Of a stretch of 64,000 nt of DNA, positions 28,401 through 36,500 are shown piece by piece. Position numbers and translations under genes: made by a program. Within the stretch, counting starts at the first letter, position 1; each line of letters starts with the position of its first letter. A model generated the notes under the pieces. The model was not told the DNA's origin. It was given only the letters and a program-made list of their open reading frames with translations, and ran no database searches. Origin of the DNA: Nitrospirota bacterium (GTDB lineage: Bacteria; Nitrospirota; Nitrospiria; SBBL01; JAADHI01); contig JAJDBU010000036.1 of the NCBI GenBank assembly GCA_029261195.1, positions 6,087 to 70,086 of the forward strand. Reading direction: 5' to 3'.

Positions 28401-28995
28401 GACTCTGCTAGCGCAGGCCTTTGCATTGGATAAAGAAAGCACGGTTTCAGAATTACGGCTCACTCTCTATGGGCGCTGCGCAGGGTTAGACAGCTACACG
28501 ATTGATCGAGACGGGCAACGCGCCTTTATTCTACGCCTGATCAACAAGTCCGGAAGCGATGCACAGTGGTTCAACAACATCCTGATGTTTCTTGGGCATA
28601 AGTCCTTGGAAAAATGGACTGACACTGACCGGGATACTGCGGAATACCGTTTATCAGAATATACCCGGAAATTGAATGACCTCGAAAAACTCCGCATCCA
28701 TTACGATTCTCTAGATCACAAACCCAATAATGACTTTGAAATTTATCTACTTCGGAGTATAAAGAAGGGTGCTCCTGATTACGATGAAATCGTTGCCGTG
28801 GATAAAAAGCGTCACGATACGATTTCCACCATAAAATCTGAAATCAGGGAACGCCTCAAGACACTCGGTGATCATGACTTAGAACTTGCCGCCCTCGCGG
28901 AAGTCGTCGATGAAGTCTTAGCTGAGTCTCACGAAAATACCAGTAAAAATATCGAAACAGTCAAAGAAGGCCGAAGGCTGCGCAATATCAATTGA
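25489..28995 (+). CDS. sspC: Large P-loop ATPase (SspC-like / DUF499-BrxC-like)
   Basis: This is ORF 25471..28995 trimmed to ATG 25489, which forms an ATGA overlap with the upstream stop. Walker A is LVGPYGSGKSSFALFL and Walker B is LLIVIDELGKFLEY. The product is 1168 aa. Confidence 0.55.
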   Translation: MSLIDKVRVNTHYTRSINLIRDADSLPVIESYIPTSRALRTFGVIQESLKAKESPRAWSLVGPYGSGKSSFALFLAHLLQHPDLESTKTAHNILKKSDPVLAKQLIKLTKKSEGYCTVLLTGSPESLGRRIVKSLNEKAKEIFSHRRGRRHKILAKLDELVNKQEEPSTTEVLVCVTELQDAIAHIGYAGLLIVIDELGKFLEYEARHSDSHNIFLLQDLAEHALSSHTAPFSLVVMMHQAFEQYARGLGEILKNEWAKVQGRFESIPFLEATEQVLRVVASAIEHRFSTHETEKIEKYAKKTARIFGKAKAIPGTMDEDTAANLFLRCYPLHPVTVLLLPILCQKVAQNERTLFSYLGSRETNGFQDALQRCTKVGDWILPWEIYEYFILSQPAMLSDHATRRRWAEVVTAIERLGDAPDHEGQLLKAVGLLNIVGAQGNFKASKEIVELCLPTKKAVSEILKALDRKSLIQYRKFSAEYRVWQGSDFELDTHVEEERSKLGRFSLAEKLNSRHPLLPIVARRHTIEKGALRYFTPIFADADSYRQLSERDDQARLIFFLSENKEDEQCFHESVRDHFSDLDIVALCDNGEQLRETVGEVLALEEVLKNSQALNSDPVAQRGFKDRFAATQAKKDELLARLTGEPTRSHWYWKSSRLMITSKRALQKEFSRVLDEIYYATPIIKNELINRDKPSAQANAARNKLVIAMLNNEAKEDLDFKKFPAEKALYRAVLRETRLHVQGKDGTWQFQSFTIQSESDPCNLRHVWQRIEAFLDGTEQKPQSLIELNHELLAPPYGVKAGVLPVLYLTAMIANQEELAVYENRRYSPYLTEEQVERFIKRPDEFTLQRFRISGLNHSIFQEYSKTLFGDEKGRSLLSIARPIATFIGELPEYTKTTKRGLSKEAQAVRDAFKLALSPVQLLMEDIPSALGIDLKKARQDGEEVKSLSNRLTEALRELKYCLTGLQEEMRTLLAQAFALDKESTVSELRLTLYGRCAGLDSYTIDRDGQRAFILRLINKSGSDAQWFNNILMFLGHKSLEKWTDTDRDTAEYRLSEYTRKLNDLEKLRIHYDSLDHKPNNDFEIYLLRSIKKGAPDYDEIVAVDKKRHDTISTIKSEIRERLKTLGDHDLELAALAEVVDEVLAESHENTSKNIETVKEGRRLRNIN

Positions 28996-29005
28996 GGTAA
29001 CCCGA

Positions 29006-29863
29006 ATGAAGTGGCACGAACTCGCACTCAGTGAGGATAAAAACACACGTCATGTACTCGGACTTTCCGGCGGTAAAGACAGCACGGCTCTCGCCATCTA
29101 TATCAGAGATCACCATCCGGAAATTTCAGAAAAAATGGAGTATTTTTTCTGCGACACCGGCGCGGAGCTTGAGGAGGTTTATGAAATTCTCGATAAACTC
29201 GAAGCTTATTTAGGAAAAGAGATTACACGCTTGAGCAGCGGAAAACCTTTTGAGCATTGGCTGAAAATGCACGATAACTACCTACCTTCCCCTCGCCAGC
29301 GTTGGTGTACATTAACGATGAAAATCAAACCCTTTGAAAAGTTTGTCGGCGATGATCCTGTCATTAGCTATATCGGTATTCGTGCAGACGAAAATAGGGA
29401 AGGATACATCAGTAAAAAACCGACTATCAAAGCGCTATTTCCTTTTGTTGAAGATGGCATTGTCAGAGAGGATGTTTTTCAAACACTGGAAAACACCATC
29501 GGTATTCCCAAATATTACGAATGGCGGAGCCGCTCAGGATGCTATTTCTGCTTCTTTCAGCGGCAAGACGAATGGCTGGGTTTGAAGAGGAGACATCCCG
29601 AGCGTTTTGAAGAAGCAAAACGAATTGAGCGTGAAGTCTCGCAAAAGAAATTTGATTGGTCTAAAACAGAGGTCAAAGAATGCGGGCAGGGCTATACCTG
29701 GCATCAGTCGGGGACGCTTGATGAAATTGTGGATCGAGCCGAACAGAAAGAGGACGTTCCCACTCTTTCAAAGAAAAAAGAAGTACGGAAATGGCAGGAT
29801 GTGCTTAAAAGTGAGTTAGATGATGACCCTGAAGATCAGGCATGTTTGATATGTAGTCTTTAG
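29006..29863 (+). CDS. sspD: PAPS-reductase/DndC-like PP-loop ATP pyrophosphatase (SspD-like)
   Basis: 285 aa. The PP-loop is LGLSGGKDSTALAIY. It has a Cys cluster (RSGCYFCFFQ) and a C-terminal CLICS. A GAGG RBS precedes the start. Confidence 0.75.
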   Translation: MKWHELALSEDKNTRHVLGLSGGKDSTALAIYIRDHHPEISEKMEYFFCDTGAELEEVYEILDKLEAYLGKEITRLSSGKPFEHWLKMHDNYLPSPRQRWCTLTMKIKPFEKFVGDDPVISYIGIRADENREGYISKKPTIKALFPFVEDGIVREDVFQTLENTIGIPKYYEWRSRSGCYFCFFQRQDEWLGLKRRHPERFEEAKRIEREVSQKKFDWSKTEVKECGQGYTWHQSGTLDEIVDRAEQKEDVPTLSKKKEVRKWQDVLKSELDDDPEDQACLICSL

Positions 29864-30193
29864 CGACTATGAAATTTTGTGTTGTATTTAGATTACACAC
29901 AAGAGATAGACTCACCATTACTGAAACCTTCTCACATTTCACATCAGACTTCCCTCAACTTGAAGGAAGGGACTTGCATGCAAGAATTATTAACTCGTCA
30001 ATTATCTAGACCGGTGCAGGCTTAGTAAAGGTAACCACTTGGACTTAGATTTCTGCTCTATTTTTTCGTAGCTGAGGTTCAATACCCCGCTCCCCGGAGC
30101 GTAAAAATTCCGCTTCGCTTTTGATACCCCATTGCGTGCTGGGAGGTAGTTCATTTCCGTGTTAATAGGAACTCAAGAACATATTGGATAGCC

Positions 30194-31999
30194 ATGGACT
30201 CTGCATTTTTTAAACTCTTAGCGGCATATGCTCCAACCTCCCAAAACAAAGCGTCCTATGACGAACACGTTTCCAAATATGCTAAACGTTTATGCGTCGA
30301 CGAAATTAATATTGACAATGGGCTTTTTTCTAAGCTCTATGAATGTTTCATAAAGCAGCCAAGATCTATCATCCTCTCCGGCTCGGCAGGCGATGGAAAA
30401 ACCTACCTTTTGCGCAAGACCTATGAAAAAATAGAAGGAGAGCAAACAAACTGGGGCAATACCTATATACCTAAAATAAACTATGGTGATTATCAAATAC
30501 ATTTCATTAAGGACTTTACTGAAATAACGAGTCAAGATAAGCTGGAGACCTTAGAAGGCCTGTATGAATCAATCTATGAAAACTCTAATCAACTTTACAT
30601 TATCGCAGCGAATGATGGCATCTTAACAGACACTCTTCGTAATGCATTAGAAACAGAGCATACTAAACATTTCGATAAGCTCCTAAAACTTATTGAAAAC
30701 CATATTGGTGATACACATAAATTAGAAGACAATTTGATTCTCCTTGATCTCAGTCAGACCTCATCAGCTAAAAACTTCGAGCTTCTTCTCAAAGCTATTC
30801 TTGACGCATCTGACCTCTATGAGTCTGATTGCCCAAGTTTGATAAATCCAGCAACGTTTTGCCCCATACATACTAACATCGCACTGTTAAAAAAAGAGTA
30901 CATTCAAAAGCAACTACTCAGCATTATTCGAAGTTGTGATCTGAATTACAATCACATCACCCTTCGAAAATTATTCATGCTTATCGCCAATATGATACTT
31001 GGCAACCAAGGTAAAAAAAGGGTGTTTACCGGTTGTCAGGAAGCCATAGAATATTATTGCGGCCCCATAGACAGGATGGAAGCTTCTTTTTATAACAATA
31101 TCTTCGGAGACAATCTTTCACGAAGCAAGCAAGAAAAAAGTCCGTTTAAAGAGTTGTTAGAACTTCGTATAGGGTATGAAACAACTAACAATATTGATAA
31201 CTTTATTTTGTATGGGGATATTCAAGCCCAAGAGCTTCACACCAAACAACTATCAAATCCATTTCTTGATTTCAACGCATTTAATAATGCAAAAGATGGT
31301 TACCTTGAAAAGGGTGATAGCACTCAAATTAAAAAATATTTAGTTTTTTTGCGCAGGCACCTGTTTTTCAATTTTGATGAAAATGTTGTTTGGAATTACA
31401 AACCTATTAACGCTAATGACTTAATGACCTATGAGCATGCAAGAGAGTTTTATATCGATGTCATCACTCCGTTGAAGAACAAACAAAACATCTCAAAACG
31501 AGTTGTTAAACATCTTGCACTAGGGCTCAACCGTATTTTTCTTGGTGAGCTAGTTAGTAAGGAGGGTAGTGACAGACTCTACATTGGATCATCTCTCACC
31601 AGTACCATGTCTAGGCTCTCATCTGAGGTTATTGCTCGTATTGAGTTTAATCAAAAACATCTCAATCAAGGCATTCACTTAACCCTTACAGAGGGATTTG
31701 ATAGCGAATATTGCAAAGTTAATCTAGAGATCGAGTTTTCAGGTCAACGCATTGCCACACTTGAACTTGATTTACATATGTTTGAATTTTTGCGTCGAAT
31801 TGCTGAAGGGATTTTGCCCACGAGTTTTTCTGTCGAATACTACGAACGTGTACTAACATTCAAGTCACAAATCGTGAATTACATTTTGCAAACGGAAGAG
31901 TTGGATGGGTCATTTAATCTTTTTTCTCTAAATGACACGGAAGGAACACTGAATTTTAATGAGTTTCAAATAGAGAATGGCAATGTTCGAGAAAGCTGA
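30194..31999 (+). CDS. P-loop ATPase, DptF/SspF-like first gene of a three-gene PT-dependent restriction-type module
   Basis: 601 aa with Walker A ILSGSAGDGKTYLL. It is low GC. The size and order pattern of ~600/~500/~1700 aa resembles dptFGH. Confidence 0.5.
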   Translation: MDSAFFKLLAAYAPTSQNKASYDEHVSKYAKRLCVDEINIDNGLFSKLYECFIKQPRSIILSGSAGDGKTYLLRKTYEKIEGEQTNWGNTYIPKINYGDYQIHFIKDFTEITSQDKLETLEGLYESIYENSNQLYIIAANDGILTDTLRNALETEHTKHFDKLLKLIENHIGDTHKLEDNLILLDLSQTSSAKNFELLLKAILDASDLYESDCPSLINPATFCPIHTNIALLKKEYIQKQLLSIIRSCDLNYNHITLRKLFMLIANMILGNQGKKRVFTGCQEAIEYYCGPIDRMEASFYNNIFGDNLSRSKQEKSPFKELLELRIGYETTNNIDNFILYGDIQAQELHTKQLSNPFLDFNAFNNAKDGYLEKGDSTQIKKYLVFLRRHLFFNFDENVVWNYKPINANDLMTYEHAREFYIDVITPLKNKQNISKRVVKHLALGLNRIFLGELVSKEGSDRLYIGSSLTSTMSRLSSEVIARIEFNQKHLNQGIHLTLTEGFDSEYCKVNLEIEFSGQRIATLELDLHMFEFLRRIAEGILPTSFSVEYYERVLTFKSQIVNYILQTEELDGSFNLFSLNDTEGTLNFNEFQIENGNVRES

Positions 32000-33503
32000 G
32001 ATATTACAAACACACTACAAATTTTTTCAAGACCCCTTCTTACAGGAACTTATCTGGTTCCACCGAATTATAGCTAATCAGGATAAAGAACTCCTTGTTC
32101 TGGAGTTTTTGAATGTTTGTGCCAGTCATGCTAGTGATGGCAGGCTGTTTGATAAAAAACTCACAACAGTGAAGTACCGCAAAGATATTCAACTACGAAG
32201 CATTCTATATAATTTCCCTGAATTAGAAGGTATCTATAAGTCTCATGACGACGAAGAAAAAAAGTGGGACAGTATTATATCAACGTTGCAAAAAAAACTA
32301 GAAACGCCTTTCGACTATCGTTATCTAAAAAAGCGTTTTGATTCAATTAAGATATTTTTTTTATCTGTATCGCTGCTGCGAAAAGCGTCGTTAGGTGTCA
32401 GCACCTCAAGAAACTGGACGAGTAAATTTATTTTTCCGTTTTCTTTTAAGACGCTCTTAATCGCTTTAGATAATCGTAACGAATCATTCACGGTGGGGCG
32501 TCAATTTTTTTCAAGAGGCGGCGAAGTCCTTTATCTAATGGTTGCTCGAGGGAAAAATGTTGATAAACTCAAAATACTTATGCTCGATGTTTTTCAAAAT
32601 CCATCTCAAAACAAACGCTGGAACGAATTAGTTTCTGTATTCAGAGGTACATCTGAACCCACAAAAGATCCGACGAGAATAGGTTTCTTAAGAATCGATT
32701 CTCATGAAGTGTATGATCAACTAGTCGATGATTTGATCGCTTTGTTTGAATCCAATATTCCAAACAACGACTTATTTCATCATTTTGCATCAATTTCCGC
32801 TTACTATATGATTCATTTTATTTTAACCGTTTCTTCTCAAATTATTAAAACAAGTTTCGTCAAAGGTGAAAATCATAAGGTAGTATATCCCGTTGAGCTT
32901 TTAGCTCCACGAAGCGATCATGTTAGAAGATCTTCTCGGCAAATTTATAAAATCAATGAAGAACTCCCCCTCAAAGCACTAAAGGAAACCCTAAAAAACT
33001 ACTTTTATGATTTGAGAGGCATTGTTGACAAAGACGTTCTACTTCTAAAGCTTAGAAATGAGCTTAACTATGCTAATGATGATAATGATCAAACAGATGA
33101 CATTGATCTTCAGCAACTCGAAAAAGAGGCCTGGGCGGCAATCTATGCAAAGGCTAAAAACGAACTTCAGCCTATTCATAGGGTTCTGTTAAAGGGGGCA
33201 GGACTTGCAAGTGTAAAAAAAACCAATAGCTATCGTTACCTTGCAAGTGATGAATGGTTGAAAACTCTAGTGCTCATCAACGTGCCTGAACGTAAGCCTT
33301 TTCATGAATTTGTTGACATCCTTTATGAAAGATATGGCTTCATTATTTCCAATAAACATTCATCCCTATTGATTGAGTCATATTCAGATAACGATTATAA
33401 GAAGAATGAGTCTAGGCTATTTGAGCGACTGCGTGCATTAGGCTTGCTTGAGAGTAAATCTGATGGCTATGCGTATGTTTTGAATCGCTATGGAAGAAAA
33501 TAG
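31977..33503 (+). CDS. DptG/SspG-like middle component (no recognisable motif)
   Basis: 508 aa. It overlaps the upstream gene by 23 nt and ends 5 nt before the next gene. The assignment rests on position only. Confidence 0.4.
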   Translation: MAMFEKAEILQTHYKFFQDPFLQELIWFHRIIANQDKELLVLEFLNVCASHASDGRLFDKKLTTVKYRKDIQLRSILYNFPELEGIYKSHDDEEKKWDSIISTLQKKLETPFDYRYLKKRFDSIKIFFLSVSLLRKASLGVSTSRNWTSKFIFPFSFKTLLIALDNRNESFTVGRQFFSRGGEVLYLMVARGKNVDKLKILMLDVFQNPSQNKRWNELVSVFRGTSEPTKDPTRIGFLRIDSHEVYDQLVDDLIALFESNIPNNDLFHHFASISAYYMIHFILTVSSQIIKTSFVKGENHKVVYPVELLAPRSDHVRRSSRQIYKINEELPLKALKETLKNYFYDLRGIVDKDVLLLKLRNELNYANDDNDQTDDIDLQQLEKEAWAAIYAKAKNELQPIHRVLLKGAGLASVKKTNSYRYLASDEWLKTLVLINVPERKPFHEFVDILYERYGFIISNKHSSLLIESYSDNDYKKNESRLFERLRALGLLESKSDGYAYVLNRYGRK

Positions 33504-33508
33504 AAGAC

Positions 33509-36500
33509 ATGAATTTTATTGCTAGTTACCTCGTAGAAAACATTATCAAAGAAGCGCAAATATCTTCAACTGAAGGGACCAGTGGAAAGTTCATTCTTAC
33601 CAATTATCCACAAGAGGTCATTGGTGAGATAATTAATTACTTCCTCACTCATCCACACCTAAATATCCTCCTCGTTATTGATAGAAAATTTCCTATTGAT
33701 CTGAAGACTACAAATATTGTGTATGCCACTCATGAAGTGATGGCACAATATCGTAATGAAAACGTCCAACATACAGATATTGATCTTGATACGATCACCT
33801 ATTTAGTATTCATTACCAATGAGACGATTGATACGCTAAACGATATCAATACGCTCACTCCAGACGATATAGCGCGGGATTTCGAATCTGTTGTCGCCTC
33901 TATTAAAAATCGACTTTTGGATAATGAAAGTAAGGAAAAACTTCGCAAGGTATGCCGAGTGTTCTTAAAAGAAGTAGATGAAATTGACCCTTTTCAAATG
34001 GAGCAGTTTATACAGGCTGTTTTGAGCCATTTAAATAATGGCAATCCAATTGAAGATGCTATGGGGCTTTCTATCAATGCCTTAAACTCTTTTAGATGCC
34101 GCAAATGCTTCGAATCGCTTAAAAAAAATGATTCCATCAAAAATATCAAAAAGATCGCACAGTCTTACAAGGCAATAGCTGTTGCATTGTTCAAAAGAGT
34201 TGGTAACAAAACGCTGGACGAAGAAGCCTTAAACGAAAAGTTCAAAGAAAATATAACAGAGTTTGATTTACTAGACCCTCAAAAGCAAAAGCTTCTAAAG
34301 CAGTTTATTCACGCTGACTACAGAGAAATTGTCCAACTTAGGGAGCAGTTTAGTACGCTAGATTGGCAAAAAGATCACGTATACCGATTATTTGAAAAAA
34401 CCCGCTCCGATACCTCAAAAAAGCTTGGCGCAGAAACCGTTGAATTACTTGAATTATCCGATATTGAACTGGCAGATTACGAGAAAAATAGTTTGCTGCA
34501 ATATGACGACCTTAAACCCAGCGAACGTACAGGCTTGCGAGATACACTAGAACCCATTTATAAAGATCATAAACCCCTCATTGAAAACAATAAGGCTCTG
34601 CGCAATAAGTGGGACAAGTTTTTATATCCCTCCCAAACGAAATCTGATAACTTTATTATCGCTCTCCTTGATACCATAAAAAAATTAAAATCTGATGTTA
34701 CATATATCGATTCTATCGAAGTGACGCTCAAGCACACTCAGACCGCTGCAATCGTCCGAAATTACTCAAAACATCCCATTAACTATCTTCACAAGCGTTA
34801 CTCTGTTCTTAATCGAATATCTAATAAAATTGTGTTTGATCTAAAATTTATTGTAGATATCGATGAGCGATTAAAAAAAGAAAAACTATCTCCAGATGAT
34901 AAAAAGTTTCGTAAAGGCAGTTTATCAAAATCTGCTAATGAGCTACATTTCATTGTTTATGCTAAAAACTCCTCTGGTAAAAGGATTGCAAAACGAAAAT
35001 TGATCTGGAACTATAATCCAAATACCGTATTAAATGGTTATAAAGAAGATGCGGAAGTTGTTCAATATCATTTGAAAAACAAGAGACTGCATTCCAGTAT
35101 TGTATACCGGGCAAGTAGCTCGGAAAAAGGCGAGAAAAAGCCTCTTTCATTACATGACTTTTCATCCCTTGAAAGTCGAGGAAAAATATCCGGGCACCGG
35201 CTTTTTCAAAAAAAGAATGAGCGAGGGTTTTCTAGCAATGAGATCAAAGCGTCCGCAAAGGCAATTTTAGATCCCGATGATTACACAGACTTTCAAACAC
35301 TATTTTCTGAATATCTAAAACAATATTCTTGGTTGCTTGGACAATTAGACATTCAAAAAAATGTAGAAAAATCTGGCTTTGACTTTGATGGCGTTGAAAA
35401 GCTAAGTCAAATATATGTAAATCTCTGTCAATTTCTTTACAACAATAGTGATAATGACACTTTTAAGGCTGAAGTGATTGAGCCATTCTTATCGCTCATA
35501 ACAGTGCGGGTAGGCCAAGAAGATACCGTTATTATTCCATCGTATCATCCAATGCGTCTCATTTCATTTTTCGTTAAGCTCAAACATGTATTTGAGTTTA
35601 TGGATGCGTACATAGTAACTCCCGATCTGGCAAGAATTAAAGAAGATCTATTTTTTAATGATCTAGAGCAAAGTTGCAATACACCGTATTACCCAGAGAT
35701 ATTTAGACTTTTTGAGGCTGAAGGCAGTGAGCGAAGCCTTTTGCATATTTCTGAAGCGTGTGATGACTACACCATATTGGAACCTGTACAAAGGTTTCTT
35801 GATAGTGGTCAGAGTACGGACTCATCATCACAAAGTATTATTTTAAGTAAGGTGATTGAGAATTATTTGGATCTCAATAGCCACAAGCAAAGCAGCCTAA
35901 AAATCTTACTACACGCAGTCAATAATTATGAGCTCCCTGTAAAATTTATGAAGAAGTTAATGTCTCTTGATTTTACATCCAAAGAGAATAACTTTGAAAT
36001 TTACCTCAATGATGTAGATGCATCGCATATTAGAAAGATGTACCGCGCATTCTTAATTAGTCAGAACGCGCAAGGGGCTGAAGAGGCGCTTGAGTACAAC
36101 GAGGTCTCTTTCTTATCAAATATTCGTCTCAATGCCTTTGATCAAAGTTTTAAACAACTCGACAATGTCAATGATCAAATAAACATCGCATTTCTAAATG
36201 ATTTTGTCTCTTCAAAAGCAACGCTGGAATTTAGAAAGCAACTGCTTGAAGAATCTTATCCACTTTTTGATTTTCATCCTACTATGTGGTCAAAGCGTAA
36301 GTATATGAGCGAGCAAGAAAGCAATGTTGGGAAATATCTCGTATCTCCTGCGAAAAGTGATTTGACCAGCGCATTTTATAATTTGCTCTATCTAACAATG
36401 AGTACACACCGTGATGACTATAAAGATAAAATCCCTACACTTAAGGTTGATCGCAATAACAAGCGTTTACAGGCAGATCTCGAAGCCATCCACAAGCGAA

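Noticed and set aside
30060-30150. The repeated ATACCCC-containing words, considered as a CRISPR repeat or a transposon terminal repeat.
   Set aside because: There are only two short, imperfect copies, with no regular spacer architecture and no adjacent cas or transposase gene. This is insufficient for either call.
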